From Octopus sinensis (taxonomy: Eukaryota), in the NCBI RefSeq assembly GCF_006345805.1, contig NW_021834706.1:1-51094 (forward strand): DNA of 51,094 bases. The letters are read 5' to 3'. The first letter of the stretch is position 1. Every line of letters starts with the position of its first letter. The notes beneath the pieces are model-generated. The model was given only the letters and a program-made list of their open reading frames with translations, ran no database searches and was not told the DNA's origin. Shown one piece after another: positions 35,357 to 47,958 of the stretch. The translations under genes and the position numbers were made by a program.

Positions 35357-35920
35357 ACGACAGACTTTTCACACTGTTTCCGTCAACCATATTCACTCAC
35401 AAGGTATAGATCGGCCCAGGACTATTGTAGAAGACATTTGCCTAAAGTGCCGTGCATTTGGATTGAACGTAAAACTGCGTTGTTGCAAAGCGAGGTTCGT
35501 AACCACGCAGCTACGCCTATATAGATCTATTTTTTATTCCAAAAAACAAAAATTCTCCTATTCAGGCGCAGATGCAGGCACTGGTGTAGGCTATGTGGTT
35601 AAGATGCTCACTTTACAACCATGTGATTTCGGGTTCAGTCCTACATAGCGCCGGTTCGACTAATTTCTTGTCATTTTGGTGGGCGAAAATTGTATGGAAG
35701 CCCATCGCGTGGTGGCTATATTTGTCACCCCACACTGCTTGGTAACCAGTGTTGGTTTGTTTATGTCTCCATCACTTAGCTGTTCGGTCAAAGAGACTGA
35801 TATAATATGTACAAGACTAAAAATAAAACAACTGCTGGGGGGGTCGATTTGTTCAAGTTAAGCCTTCAAGTTGGTGCTCCAGCATGGCTGCAGTCTAATG
35901 ACTGAGAGAAATAAATAAAA
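35357..35920. mobile_element. Two diverged SINE family B copies, divergently oriented
   Basis: Minus head at 35357-35520; plus copy at 35565-35920. Confidence 0.7.
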
Positions 35921-36028
35921 AAAAAATAACGCTCTACTACCCGTTTCGCTAATGGCTGCCAAACATGGTAGCATTTTTGTTTCTCCCTTTTTAGTAAAAA
36001 CCACTTGTCCATCAGCATCTTTACTTCT

Positions 36029-36345
36029 GGTAGAGGCACATGGCCTAGCGGTTAGAGCAGCGAACTCGCCGTCGAGGGACCGCGGGTTCGAATCTCAGAC
36101 TGGGCGATGTGTGTGTTTATGAGCGAAAACACCTAAGCTCCATGCGGCTCCGGCAGAGAGTAATGGCGAACTTCTGCTGACTCTTTTGTCACAACTTTCT
36201 CTCACTCTTTCCTCCTGCATCTTGCAGTTCACCTGCGACAGACCGGCGTCCCGTCCAGGTGGGGAACCTATATGCCAAGGAAACCGGGAAACTGGCCCTT
36301 TTATGAGCCAGGGATGGCTCGAGAAGGAACAAACAACAAAAACAA
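36029..36345 (+). mobile_element. SINE with family A head and a different 3' end, tail (aaac)n
   Basis: 12-bp TSD atctttacttct at 36017-36028 and 36346-36357. Confidence 0.85.
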
Positions 36346-36609
36346 ATCTTTACTTCTAAATTGATGCTATGAAATAAAACAAATGCCGGGGGTCGATTTG
36401 TTCAAGTTAAGCCTTCAAGTTGGTGCTCCAGCATGGCTGCAGTCTAATGACTGAGAGAAATAATAAAAAAAAATAACGCTCTACTACCCGCTTCGCTAAT
36501 GGCTGCCAAACGTGGTAGCATTTTTGTTTCTCCCTTTTTAGCAAAACCATTTGTCCATCAGTATCTTCACTTCTAAATTGATGCTATAGAATAAGATAAA
36601 TATTTCCAG

Positions 36610-36724
36610 ACGCCAACTTCGCAAATTGCATCAATTGGATAGCTTCAAAGATAATTCGACTGAGGAAGATCGAATTATCTATCGTGATTATCCGCAATCA
36701 TTACATGACGACAGGGTAGAATGA
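36610..36724 (+). CDS. Candidate exon RQLRKLHQLDSFKDNSTEEDRIIYRDYPQSLHDDRVE*
   Basis: Acceptor atatttccag; unique sequence with protein-like translation; not recognised. Confidence 0.3.
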
Positions 36725-37222
36725 TTCCAAGACAATTATTGCATTGTCTGTTCCAGTTTGGTTATGGCAACCTGTTTGAAGTTCTGCTGGTCGATTACGA
36801 AGACAATTTGCATAATATAGGAAACAAACCACTGAGGGAGAAAATGGCAGTGACGCCACAATGCGATATTGACTTCTCAGCAAACAAGGCTTGTGGTTTT
36901 ATATGACAGTATTGGAATTCTTACCCACCTCACATTGAGATGGAAGGACAAATAGTTTTGTTTGTTTTGCTACCGTTTTCTCTAATGAGCGAATGATGAC
37001 ACAATGCAAAATAAGTTTCGTGGTAAAGAACACTTATAATGTTATCAAAAAGAATTCGATTCTTACCCTATTCGATAATCAGATGGAAATATTAAAAATG
37101 GTTTTGTCCGATTTTCTAATGTCTTTCTAATGCTATATAAGTTTCGCAGAAAACAACGTTTGCAGTGTTTTCAAAAAGTATTGCATTCTTACCTCAATCA
37201 CCAATCAGATTGAAGCATTTAA

Positions 37223-37453
37223 CCCTTTTGATACCAACCCGGCCAAAACCGCCTCTGGCTCTGTAGTACAGATGTCTTACTTTCATTATGAAAGTATTGA
37301 ATGAAAATCTTCCACCAAATCTTAGTCACAATTTATGTTCCTAACACTAGCTTAATAAAAATAATAACTAAGTAATTTTATTAAATTCTCTGTTATATTT
37401 AAAATTAATTAAAAGTAGCACAGCATCTCTACAGAAATATGGTAACAAAAGGC
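37223..37453. mobile_element. piggyBac-type MITE, copy 1 (right end decayed)
   Basis: ttaa|CCCTTTTGATAC ... GTAACAAAAGGC|ataa. Confidence 0.75.
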
Positions 37454-37509
37454 ATAAAAGCACTCGTGCTGGTGCCATGTAGAAAGCAATAGTGATGGTG
37501 TCACATTAA

Positions 37510-37707
37510 CCCTTTTGATACCAACCTGCCTGAAACTGTTTACTTTCATAAGTTTTGAATTAAAATCTTCCACAAAACCTTAGTCACAATTTATGTTCCT
37601 AACACTAGCTTAATGATGACTAAGTTATTTTCCTAAATTCTTTGTTATATTTAAAATTAATTGAATGAAACACAGAGCATCTAAAAATAAATACAGTAAC
37701 GAAAGGG
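37510..37707. mobile_element. piggyBac-type MITE, copy 2
   Basis: TTAA|CCCTTTTGATAC ... GTAACGAAAGGG|TTAA. Confidence 0.85.
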
Positions 37708-38064
37708 TTAAAATGGTTTTGTCTGTTTTTCTGCCATCTTTCTTCAATGATGTCACAGTGTGACATAAATTTAGGAGAAAAACGACGCTTGTCGTGTTAT
37801 CGAAGAGTATTAAATTCTTGCCCCTGCACCAATCGGATGGAAACACTTACAAATAATTTGGTTTCTCTTTTTACCGTCTTTCTCCAATGAGCCAACGATG
37901 CCACAATGCGATATAAGTTCCGCGGGAAACAATGCTTGCTTAAAGAGTATTCGATTCTTACCCCACTCACCAATCAAATGGATGCACTTAAAATGGTTTT
38001 GCATGACTTCCTAACGTCTTTTTCCAATGCTATATGCTTCGCGGCAAATAACGCTTGTGGTATT

Positions 38065-38385
38065 ACATGGTGATCTCATATCAAGATAAGCAGCGCATGA
38101 CCTTGCAGGTGGGGCCCAGTTGGAATTTTTTTCTGGTTGAGTAACCCATTCCGCTCAAAAGGTCCCTGAATAAGGGTTGTTTAAGGATGTTGAACGAAAC
38201 GCCCATTTTTCCAGGGGTGAATTATTCAAACCCCAAAGGATCCCTCTCAACACACGGCTATGATGCTCCCCCACTACTTCTGCTCGTGAGCGTATCTACT
38301 AAGGGTCATGCTCAACTGATTAAGGTCAAACAACTGACAAGCAAATCTGTGGTATTGAGCAGAATATTTGCTGTAGCCCATCTTT
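38065..38385. mobile_element. Partial copy of the 29627-30180 repeat
   Basis: Direct similarity; followed by (TTA)n. Confidence 0.85.
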
Positions 38386-38429
38386 AATACTATATCATTA
38401 CAATTATTATTATTATTATTATTATTATA

Positions 38430-38747
38430 AATGTCGCAAGAATGGCTAGTATGAAAGGAGCCATTCTGAGATTACACCTGTGATTTAAAAAGGTAATATA
38501 AAAGGAGAAAAGGGCTCTCTACACCCCTTTTGACCAGGCTCCCGTTGGCTTTTATGGGTTTTTTCCACGAGGAACCTTTCGTAACGCCTCCCCCCTATTA
38601 GGAGTTTTTCGTTGTTATATTTTGCTGTTAAACTGCTTTTTTACTCGGATTTTTTCACAAACGGACAAAACCCTTTGTAACCTTTCGTCCTGTTTTGTCC
38701 CTTTATGTAATAATTGATTTTTGTCAGCCCTTGTGGCCAATAAAAGA

Positions 38748-38750
<3 letters not shown>
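38430..38750 (+). mobile_element. Probable retroelement 3' end between (TTA)n tracts
   Basis: Ends ccttgtggccaataaaagaat(tta)n; AATAAA then a tandem tail. Confidence 0.4.
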
Positions 38751-38798
<48 letters not shown>

Positions 38799-38956
38799 CG
38801 CAGCCACAGCTATTAATCGTTCATTATCAGAAGTTTGCTGTACTTTGACATGGCCACAGCCATTTCATTGTCTGATGTTGTTACATGATCAGTCAAATCA
38901 ACAGTCGTGAGTCACACTTCATAGCTCGCCCATTGTTACGAAGTCAGTGCAAAAGA

Positions 38957-38983
38957 TGACGTCAGGAGCTTTGAACCGGAAGT
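38957..38983 (+). promoter_or_regulatory. Full CRE (TGACGTCA) plus ETS site (CCGGAAGT)
   Basis: Motif matches 11 bp apart in unique sequence; function inferred. Confidence 0.3.
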
Positions 38984-39578
38984 AATTATAGGTCAAGAGC
39001 TCATAGCTTCTGTGCAGTAGGTTATCCACATTTGATAGTTTTTCTCTTCATTTGATATCGGGCTGGTTGTGGCGGCGTGGCGATGCTTTTGCTTTCATTA
39101 CAATCGAAACACAGCGGTTCTACGCTGACGTTCAATATGCTAGAAATAACAGTCATATCACCCTCAAATCACGTGCAATCGCCTTGGAGCGGAGAGGTGA
39201 CATTAGATTATGTAATTCTAGATATATTGTATTTGAAATTAAGATGGGATGGTCGATGCAGGAATTTTATCAATTAGCGCTCGTTGTATTAACTTAATTA
39301 ATGTTCTTACCCGATGTGAGTGTTTAACCTTTGCCTGGCTCTAAACGAGCAGATTTATGATCAACGACGTTCCAGCCACGACTATACAATCTTTTTTCTT
39401 AACAAAGTACAATGTATGTATATATATATATCGTGTACATTAAAACACATTAAGAGGCTTCAAAATAGGAAAGCCTTGTGCTAGAAAGAGCAGTAGAAAA
39501 CTCAAACCACTAATTAGAGATACATTCTCGAAAAGAATGAAAATAAAAACGTTTAGCATCTAATTTAGTTCCTAGACC

Positions 39579-39615
<37 letters not shown>

Positions 39616-40605
39616 CATACATATGTGTGTAAATACGTACACACATATCTACATATACACACACAGATACACGCGCACAGGCACACAAGTGCACGAGCGT
39701 GGTCAGTATGTAAACCAACTCTAGCTGGCCTTTGCACTGGGGTTTGCCCTTTATATTCTTCCCTCCCTACCATTCAAAGTTTTACCCACCACCTTCCTGT
39801 CTTTCCCAGTCTACATCATACTCCGAAAAAGTACCCTTGTCCGAAAGGGTACAATGAACTACAGTACCCTCGTCCGATAGGGTACAGTGAAACTCCCTCT
39901 ATTCCTCGTAGCATCCATCAAATATTCAAATATATCTACTCGTGAGACTTGTCCCATATTTTGTTACCGTTTGTCGTTTGTTTTTGGTTCATGGTTAAAC
40001 ATCTGTGCGTGCGTCCGTGCGTGGTGCGTGTTGTATAACGCAAAAGCGCAGGAAAAGACAGAAAGCTGTGTGTCCGTTTATATTTCACGATGAAATGACA
40101 TGAAACAGAAAATAAAAGAGGCAGATGTATAAACACGGACGATGTGTTCTCTGACGCCATGATTAATAACGCTGTAATTACATGTAACCACTACGGCTCG
40201 TTCACTCCTTGAAGGAATTATATTTCAAAGGGGGATCAGATGAAACTACACCAGGAGACCTAGGGAGTTGAAAACATCAGGTGCATAACAGGATATGGCT
40301 ATTCGCTACTGTACAATCATGAGTGTATGCCTGTATGTATGCATACATGTATGTACGTATGTTAGCATGTATGTATATATATATGTTTACATATATACAA
40401 ATATGTATGTATATATATATATATATGTTTACATATATACAAATATGTATAAACATATATATACACAAATATATATATATACATATATACAAATATATAT
40501 ATAAACATATATATATATATATAAATATATATCATACTCGAATATATGTATACATGAATTTATAGGCACGTATCAAAATATATATACCGTATACGTCTGT
40601 GTATG

Positions 40606-40668
<63 letters not shown>

Positions 40669-41429
40669 TATATACATATATATTATAGATAGATAGATAG
40701 ATAGATATATACCCATGTATACAAATATATATAAACATATAATATATATATATATATATATACAATATATATCATACTCGAATGTATGTATACATGAATT
40801 TATAGGCACGTATCATAAAATATATATACAGTATACGTCTGTATATATATATACATATATTTGTATTGCATTCTTGTATATCTAGTCTGTGTGTATATAT
40901 GTAATATTAATTGTACTTGTACGTATATAAATATATGTAAGTACATATATATATATACACACATACACAGACACACACAGACGCGCACACATACATATAC
41001 ATACACCCATACACACACAACATATATATATATATATATATAATATAGTGATTACAACGGCAGTGCTGCAGTATGGCCGCAGCCTCAAGGCTGAAACTTA
41101 TAAGAGAATAAAAGACTAGTACACATCTGTTAACTACGTAGTTTAAATTTAATAAGTACAGCTGTACACCTTACAACAGACGAGACGCCATTTTCCTGCA
41201 GGCGATCTTATAAGTTTTTTTCGTTTCCCAATATATGTGCTTATGTGTTTGTTATGAATTTGTCAGCAAAAAAGTTTTTTAAAAAAAACCCGTCGAAGAC
41301 AAAACGATAACTAGGTATAATTATTAATTTAAAGCTTAATTGAAAGGTTAAGAATGTAGAAATGTCTTTGGCGTTTCCTACTTATGTTTTTCGTCAGAAT
41401 ATTTAACAGTAAGAAAGGGGATATGCAAA

Positions 41430-41875
41430 GGCGGTGAGCTGGTAGAATCGTTAGCCCGCTAAGCGAAATGCGTAGCCGTATTTCGTCTGCCGTTACGTTC
41501 TGAGTTCAAATTCCGCCGAGGTCGACTTTGCCTTTCATCCTTTCGGGGTCGATAAATTAAGTACCAGTTACGCACTGGGGTCGATATAATCGACTTAATC
41601 CGTTTGTCTGTCCTTGTTTGTCCTGTCTGCGTTTAGCCCCTTGTGGGTAGTAAAGAAATAGAAACGTTAGCACGCCGGGCGAAATGCTTAGCAGTATTTC
41701 GTCTGCCGCTACGTTCTGATTTCAAATTCCTCCGAGGTCGACTCTGCCTTTCATCTTTTCGGCGTCGATAAATTAAGTATCGGTTATGCACTGGGGTCGA
41801 TGTAATCGACTTAATCCATTTGTCTGTCCTTGTTTGTCCTCTCTGTGTATAGCCCCTTGTGGGTACTAAAGAAAT
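41430..41875 (+). mobile_element. Head-to-tail dimer of SINE family C (~216-bp period)
   Basis: Junction gtagtaaagaaatagaaacgttagcacgccgg at ~41650. Confidence 0.9.
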
Positions 41876-42619
41876 AAAAAAAAGGAGATATGCGGAGGAA
41901 ACAAATGAAACCTGGAAATATGTGTAGTTTCGTATCAAGTCATATTGAAAATGGTGGAGGTTAAACGACCGGAAGTTAGCAGATTCGATGTCATGGAGGT
42001 ATTCCGTGAAGAGTCGAAGCAGGATGTAAAACGGTTTAAATGAAATAGAAAGAAAGGGATTACGCATGATAAACTGTAGCACGGGAAACGTAAAAGAGAT
42101 TATATAGTATACTTCGATAGTAGACGTTTTTATATAAATACCGGATCTCTCAACTAGCTGCGAGAAATCCAGAAATCTAAATTTATTGTGCAATATTGGG
42201 TGTAATATACTGCACCCGATATTGAGTAAACACCCTAATTTTGAAGTTGGTTATTTTGGGTATGGCGTTTTGAAAATAATTTTGTTCCTGATTTTTTTTT
42301 TAGTGTTGATTGATAAATATTGAACATTTTCGGATTTAAAAGTGAATTTGTACCTGTAACTGTTAAATAAAATCAATTAAGTTACTTATTTCTTCGATTA
42401 ATTTTCGTCCTATAGACATTATACGGTATATATGGTATAGTATGATATATTTTAAGAATTTTATGTTTAGTAATGAACATCAAACCCTGCTTTACAAAGA
42501 GATAATTCTGAATCAGTTGGATATAATTTATTTCTTTATATTTCGAGTGTGTATTTAGGTCGACTCTAGAAGTACCGGAAAATCCAGAATCTCTCATGTT
42601 TGCTCGATAATTGATGCGG

Positions 42620-42659
<40 letters not shown>

Positions 42660-42666
<7 letters not shown>

Positions 42667-42758
42667 TGTAACAGCTCACATGACCGCAGTCCAATGATTG
42701 CAACAAGGAAAAGATGCATACATACATACACACTTACAAACCACCACATACAGCTATA

Positions 42759-42811
<53 letters not shown>

Positions 42812-42884
42812 ATTATATGCGTGTGTGTGTATAAAGCTCACATGACCGCAGTCCATTGACTACAAAAAGGAAAAGATACATACT

Positions 42885-42928
<44 letters not shown>

Positions 42929-42990
42929 TGTTTGTGTATAACAGCTCACATGACCGCAGTCCAGTGACTACAACACGGAAAATATCTTAC
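42660..42990. repeat. Three copies of a ~45-bp block separated by (TA)/(CA) runs
   Basis: agctcacatgaccgcagtcca at ~42673, ~42835 and ~42943. Confidence 0.9.
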
Positions 42991-43022
42991 ATACAACTTA
43001 TATATATATATATATATATATA

Positions 43023-43068
<46 letters not shown>

Positions 43069-43989
43069 TATATCATACAGTGAGATTTTGTTTTTGCAAA
43101 AATACAAGGAAATAGTTTTGTAAAATGAGAAACTATGAGGTAATATCTACTGCATGATTATAAAAATATCTAAGAAAGAAGAAGGAAAGAGAGAGGAAAT
43201 AACGATGAGTTACGAACGAAGCATCAAAGGAATTTTCCGTTTTCTGAAATGTTAACCAGATACAAAGTAAAAACTGATGCTGCTCTTTAAATTCAAGTTA
43301 TCTCTGAGTAATTCTATGTCACAGAAGTTATTGTATTTGTAGTCTCCAGACTATCCGTAATGTAATATTATTCCTATGTCAGGCATATATGTAACTTATG
43401 TGTCGCCTCAGACCAACCTTGAACCAGCAGTCCTATGGCACACGGGAAATTGTTACTAAGGAAACCCCACAAAACCTTTGATTTCAACAGCCGTATGACA
43501 CACAGCTAGTTCTTCTCCTGATGATAAGATTTACTCATCACGTTTAAATTAACTGTTTATGTATATTAACGACGTAATTATACAAAAGGCACTGTTTTTA
43601 CTTTATATCTGTCGAAAGAGCAGTAGAGATGGATTAGTTTTGAATCATCTGCGGAATCTGTTTTCTGCTTTTTTTTTATTGTTTTTTTCTGCTATATATA
43701 AATTGATCGTACCCATGCAGCGTTCGTGCATTTAATACTGGTGACACAGTCAAACTGAGCGGTACTGACCAGGTGTCGAAACCATAGTGATATCCGTTTG
43801 GCAGCTGATGATGGTAATATAAATGTTCTATGCTTGGTTGTGAATTTCTTATATTTCAGTTTCGTTATTCTGAGTTGTCCCTCATTCTTGTAAAGTGGAG
43901 AGTATTTATGGATTCAAAGTTTTCGGGAATCACTTACTTTGGTATTTGTTGGTTTTCCTTCATAGGTAACCTTAGTATACTTAAACAAC

Positions 43990-44220
43990 GCAAGGCGGTG
44001 AACTAGCTGAGCCGTTAACATGCCGGACAAAATGCTTAACGATATTTCGTTCGCCTTTATGTTTTAATTGCAAATGCCGTCAGTATCGACTTTGTCTTTC
44101 ATCTTTCAGGGTCGATAAAATAATACCAACAGAACACTGGGGTCGATAAAATAAGTACCAGTCAAGTACTGAGGTCGATATAATCGACTATCGCCCCACC
44201 ACAAATTTTAGGCCATGTGC
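43990..44220 (+). mobile_element. Diverged SINE family C
   Basis: aaggcggtgaactagctgagccgttaac head; ctttcatctttcagggtcgataaaa core. Confidence 0.75.
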
Positions 44221-44274
44221 CCATAGTAGAAAAGATTATAAGATTCATATCTAGGTATGGGAAGTTCTAAGGTA

Positions 44275-44306
<32 letters not shown>

Positions 44307-44613
44307 CATACATACATACATACATACATACATACATACATACATAAATACATACATACATATACATACATACATACATACATACATACATACATACATA
44401 CATACATACATGCATACATACATATATATATATATACATAATGGCGATGCCTCAGCATGGCCACAGCTTGTGAGCTGAAACTAGATAAAAAATTTTAAAA
44501 ATAAAAAATATATATATATGTTTATATAAATATGGATAAAATCGTTAATTTAATTGTCGATTTATCAAGTGGCCAGTATGGGAATAAAACCTTCAGAGGT
44601 AATAATTATTATT

Positions 44614-44725
44614 AAAATTATAATTTAGGGTATTTAAGAGATACCTCCACGCTGGAATTAGAGTCAAGTTTTGACTGCTATTTCCAGAGTGGAGGTATCT
44701 CTTAGATACCCTAAATTATAATTTT
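44614..44725. repeat. Hairpin with 44-bp arms and 24-nt loop
   Basis: Two mismatches between arms. Confidence 0.9.
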
Positions 44726-44740
44726 ATATATATAAATGTG

Positions 44741-44771
<31 letters not shown>

Positions 44772-45424
44772 TGTGTGTGTGTGTGTAATGTGAATTATGT
44801 GGGTATAGAAATCGGCTCCTCTGGGATTTACTGTAATGTAATAACGTGTTAAAGTTTAACGACCTCGTATTCATTAAGCTTTTAATTGGCGCGGATGTAT
44901 TCTCAGAGTTTATATATGAATACTCTCTTCCGTTTAGTGAGTGTGTGCGCGCGCGTGTGTGTAAAGGGAGAGAGAGAGAGATAGAGAGAGAGAGAGCGGG
45001 GATCGAGAGAACTGAGATCTAAACATTAAAAAACAACGAATTCACGGTAATTTAGAGCGCAATTAGTACTAGGTCGATAAAACTCCAACACGTTTATTAC
45101 ACGGCATTAAAAAGAAAGCTGGTCCGACATGCGTGTATATGTGCAATCGGTGAAAGCGAATTTTTAACTAGAAAGAAGTAGGAATGCATGAATTTCGCAT
45201 ACAGTTCTTTCTTCAATTTTGTGTATGTGTGTGTGTGAGTGTATGTAATTAACTGATACTTCATTATAATAAAGGTTATAGAACGTTAATTACAGAAGTG
45301 CGATGCACGAATGAAATATATATATACAGGGGAAGAACTCACAAAAAAAAAAAGAAAAGACGAAGACAGGTGGTGTAGAAAAGAAACAGATGTATTAGTA
45401 TAACGCTCAGGGATTGAAAAAAGT

Positions 45425-45460
45425 CTTTAACGTTTCGAGCCTAAGCTCTTCTACAGAAAG
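45425..45460 (-). ncRNA. Minimal hammerhead-like motif, A6U variant, in Penelope-like fragment ~45325-45510
   Basis: CUUU CUGUAGA A GAGC-UUAG-GCUC GAAAC GUU AAAG; homologous to 25560-25690. Confidence 0.6.
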
Positions 45461-46134
45461 GGACACAGAAAGAAACAAGGAGAGAAACAAGGAGAGAAAA
45501 AAAATGTTTTTATATAAACACGCTCACATATGACCATCGTTGAACCCCTTATTCGCATAATCACTGAACCTGGAACTTAACTATGGTCTATCTATAGCAC
45601 TTATTCAGCATTACCTGACACCTTTGGGTCTCAATGACACCATTACCTCTCATAACCCTCTCTCTTTCTCTCTTTCTCTCTCTCTCTATCTCTCTCTCTC
45701 TCTGTATATTATATATATATATATATTTACACTGGGGGTAAAATGGGGTGGGCAATGGTGTGAGGAGAGTTGCAAGTCGCTCGGGGCTACCGTTTGGTTG
45801 CCATGGTGAGGAAAATGGGAAAAAAAGAAAGGAAAGAGTGGAAGAAGAGAAAGAAGAAAAAGAAGATAAAGACGAAGAAAAAATTGTTTAAATAAGAAAA
45901 AGAAAGAGAAAAGGGCAATAAAAAGAACCAGGCAAAGAAGACGAACGAAAGAAGAAAGGGGGAAAGGGGACAACACGCACAAAACAACACCACCACCAAA
46001 ACCCGAGCGAAGCAGGGGTCAAAATAGCCAGTCGTATATATATTTTGTAAACAAATAATACAATATTACATAATTTAATATTACATTTCATCAGCCTTTT
46101 TTAAGCATTTTTATAAGGTTTCTTTCTTTTCTGG

Positions 46135-46190
46135 AAACTCGCCGCGTACCGACACCGGTCCGTGAACCACCATTTTGTGAAGCACTAATC
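46135..46190. mobile_element. hAT-Charlie-like MITE terminus
   Basis: Reverse complement tagtgcttcacaaaatggtggttcacggaccgg resembles Charlie/MER5-type ends. Confidence 0.4.
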
Positions 46191-46727
46191 TAGTTTAAGC
46201 AAGACGCAGTCATTTTGTTTGTTGTATTTCTAGTCTCATCTAATTTATTTAACGCTTAGAGGAGACTATAATTACGACTATAACTCTTACTAGAACTTTC
46301 AGTCATTCTTATTATCTATTAACTATTTTTAGCGTTTCTCTCAGATTTAAAAACGACTTCCTCTAACGCATCTTCGCCATCTTTTCTTTTCATTTGCATA
46401 TGTGTATGTTATACCCTGTCTAGTTCATTAATTACTTTTGCAAGTTTGTCTATGGTTTAATTCGCTTATCTCCCTTTCTTCGTGTCGTATGATATCAGTA
46501 GATTTTATTTAATTTCTTCTCTTCAAAGTTGCTTGGCCGTATTTTCCTAAATCGAATTTCACACCAATTTTCTTACAGTATATTTTATATCGCACTACCG
46601 TCTGCAATCGTTTTCTCCTATTAGCGGTCCTCTGCAACACACATCTTATTATACTAACCTGCTTGAAACCGCGACCCCTTCATTTCATCACGATGCAAAC
46701 TCCCTGTATTAAAGTGATCTTTACTCA

Positions 46728-46925
46728 CTTACTTGTTTCAGTCATTTGACTGCGGCCATGCCGGAGCACCGTCGTTAGTCGAGCAAATCGACCCCAGGAC
46801 TTATTTCTTTGTAAGCCTAGTACTTATTCTATCTGTATCTTTTTCGAACCCCTGACTAACGGGGACGTAAACACATCATCACCGGTTGTCAGGCAGTGGT
46901 GGGGGACAAGCAGCCACAAAGGCAC
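46728..46925 (-). mobile_element. SINE family B 3' half
   Basis: cttgtttcagtcatttgactgcggccatgccggagcacc... Confidence 0.85.
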
Positions 46926-47527
46926 ACGCACACACACACACACTCACACACACATATATATATATATATATACGTGTGTGCGTGTGTGTATGTGTGTGTG
47001 TATATGGATATATATATATATATATATATGTATATACATGCGACGTGCTTCTGAATGCTTGCAATGTGTGCGACGAGTTTAAGCCTTCCAACCAAATAGG
47101 CTGTGGCTGGATTGGGACTCAGGAAGCAAAGAGCCTAGAAAAAATACTGCAAGATACCAGGTCCAGCTTCCTTGTAGTTCTGCCAAACCATCGCCCTGGG
47201 TTGTACGGTTTTTATTTTTCACCGTCTCTGAAAGGCTGAAACGTAAAGTTGACCGCGACAGGATTTGAGCTCTGAGCGGAGAGTATCGGAATAAATACCG
47301 CAAAGCATTCCGTCCAACGTTTTTACAGGACCGGCTTGGATTAGAGATTTTTAAAAATTATTTAATGACCGCCGGAGAATGAATGGCAAAGTTAACCTCG
47401 GCAGAATATGAACCCGTACTGGTAGAATCGTAACAAATACTCAAAGCATTTTGTCTCACGCTCTAACGACTCAGCCATAATTTTTACTCTCTTCTTTTCT
47501 TTGCTTGTACTTAAATATTCCTGTTTG

Positions 47528-47958
47528 GGATCTTTTCGGTTTGAACGGCAGTTTTTTCTAGCGGTGTCATATGAAACTGTCATCCATAATTATGACCCTA
47601 GTATCGATCTATTGCATTTCAATCTGTTTTAGGGTTAGGGTTAGGGTTAGGAGTGGGGGAGAGGAGTGGGGGGTATCTTTTTTTCTTCACAAATGTAAAT
47701 AAACCCAATCTGTTTCTTAAACGAGGGACATATTCATACGGCACAGAATGTTTTCACCTCAATAGACGTCATTGATTGGTTGGAATTGCAGAAATTGCAG
47801 AAAAAAAAACAACAAATATCTTACAAACTATAGAATTTTCTCAATAAAGCCAGGAGAAAAAGATGTTTTATAAACACAGTCTATCAGTATACGAAGTTTA
47901 AAAGTGTTTAGTTAATTAGAAATTATGTTAAAAACTGCCGTTCAAACCGAAAAGATCC
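47528..47958. mobile_element. 431-bp MITE with ~30-bp TIRs, 8-bp TSD and internal (TTAGGG)n
   Basis: TIRs ggatcttttcggtttgaacggcagttttt / aaaaactgccgttcaaaccgaaaagatcc; TSD cctgtttg at 47520-47527 and 47959-47966; superfamily (Merlin, hAT or P) uncertain. Confidence 0.92.

Larger units (their letters stand above)
36830..38060. repeat. Old degenerate minisatellite, ~125-142-bp unit, about six units
   Basis: Anchor attctt(a/g)cc at 36917, 37059, 37185, 37814 and 37954. Confidence 0.8.

Noticed and set aside
41940-42045. Short ORF MVEVKRPEVSRFDVMEVFREESKQDVKRFK
   Set aside because: About 30 codons with weak splice sites; expected by chance
43765-43815. GAAAC...CTGATGA as a type II hammerhead
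   Set aside because: No complementary stem II or stem I
43938-43970. 33-bp minus microexon VTYEGKPTNTK with GTAAGT donor
   Set aside because: Acceptor lacks a pyrimidine tract and cannot be linked to other candidates
47629-47651. True telomere or chromosome fusion site
   Set aside because: Only about four units, single orientation, inside a TSD-bounded MITE
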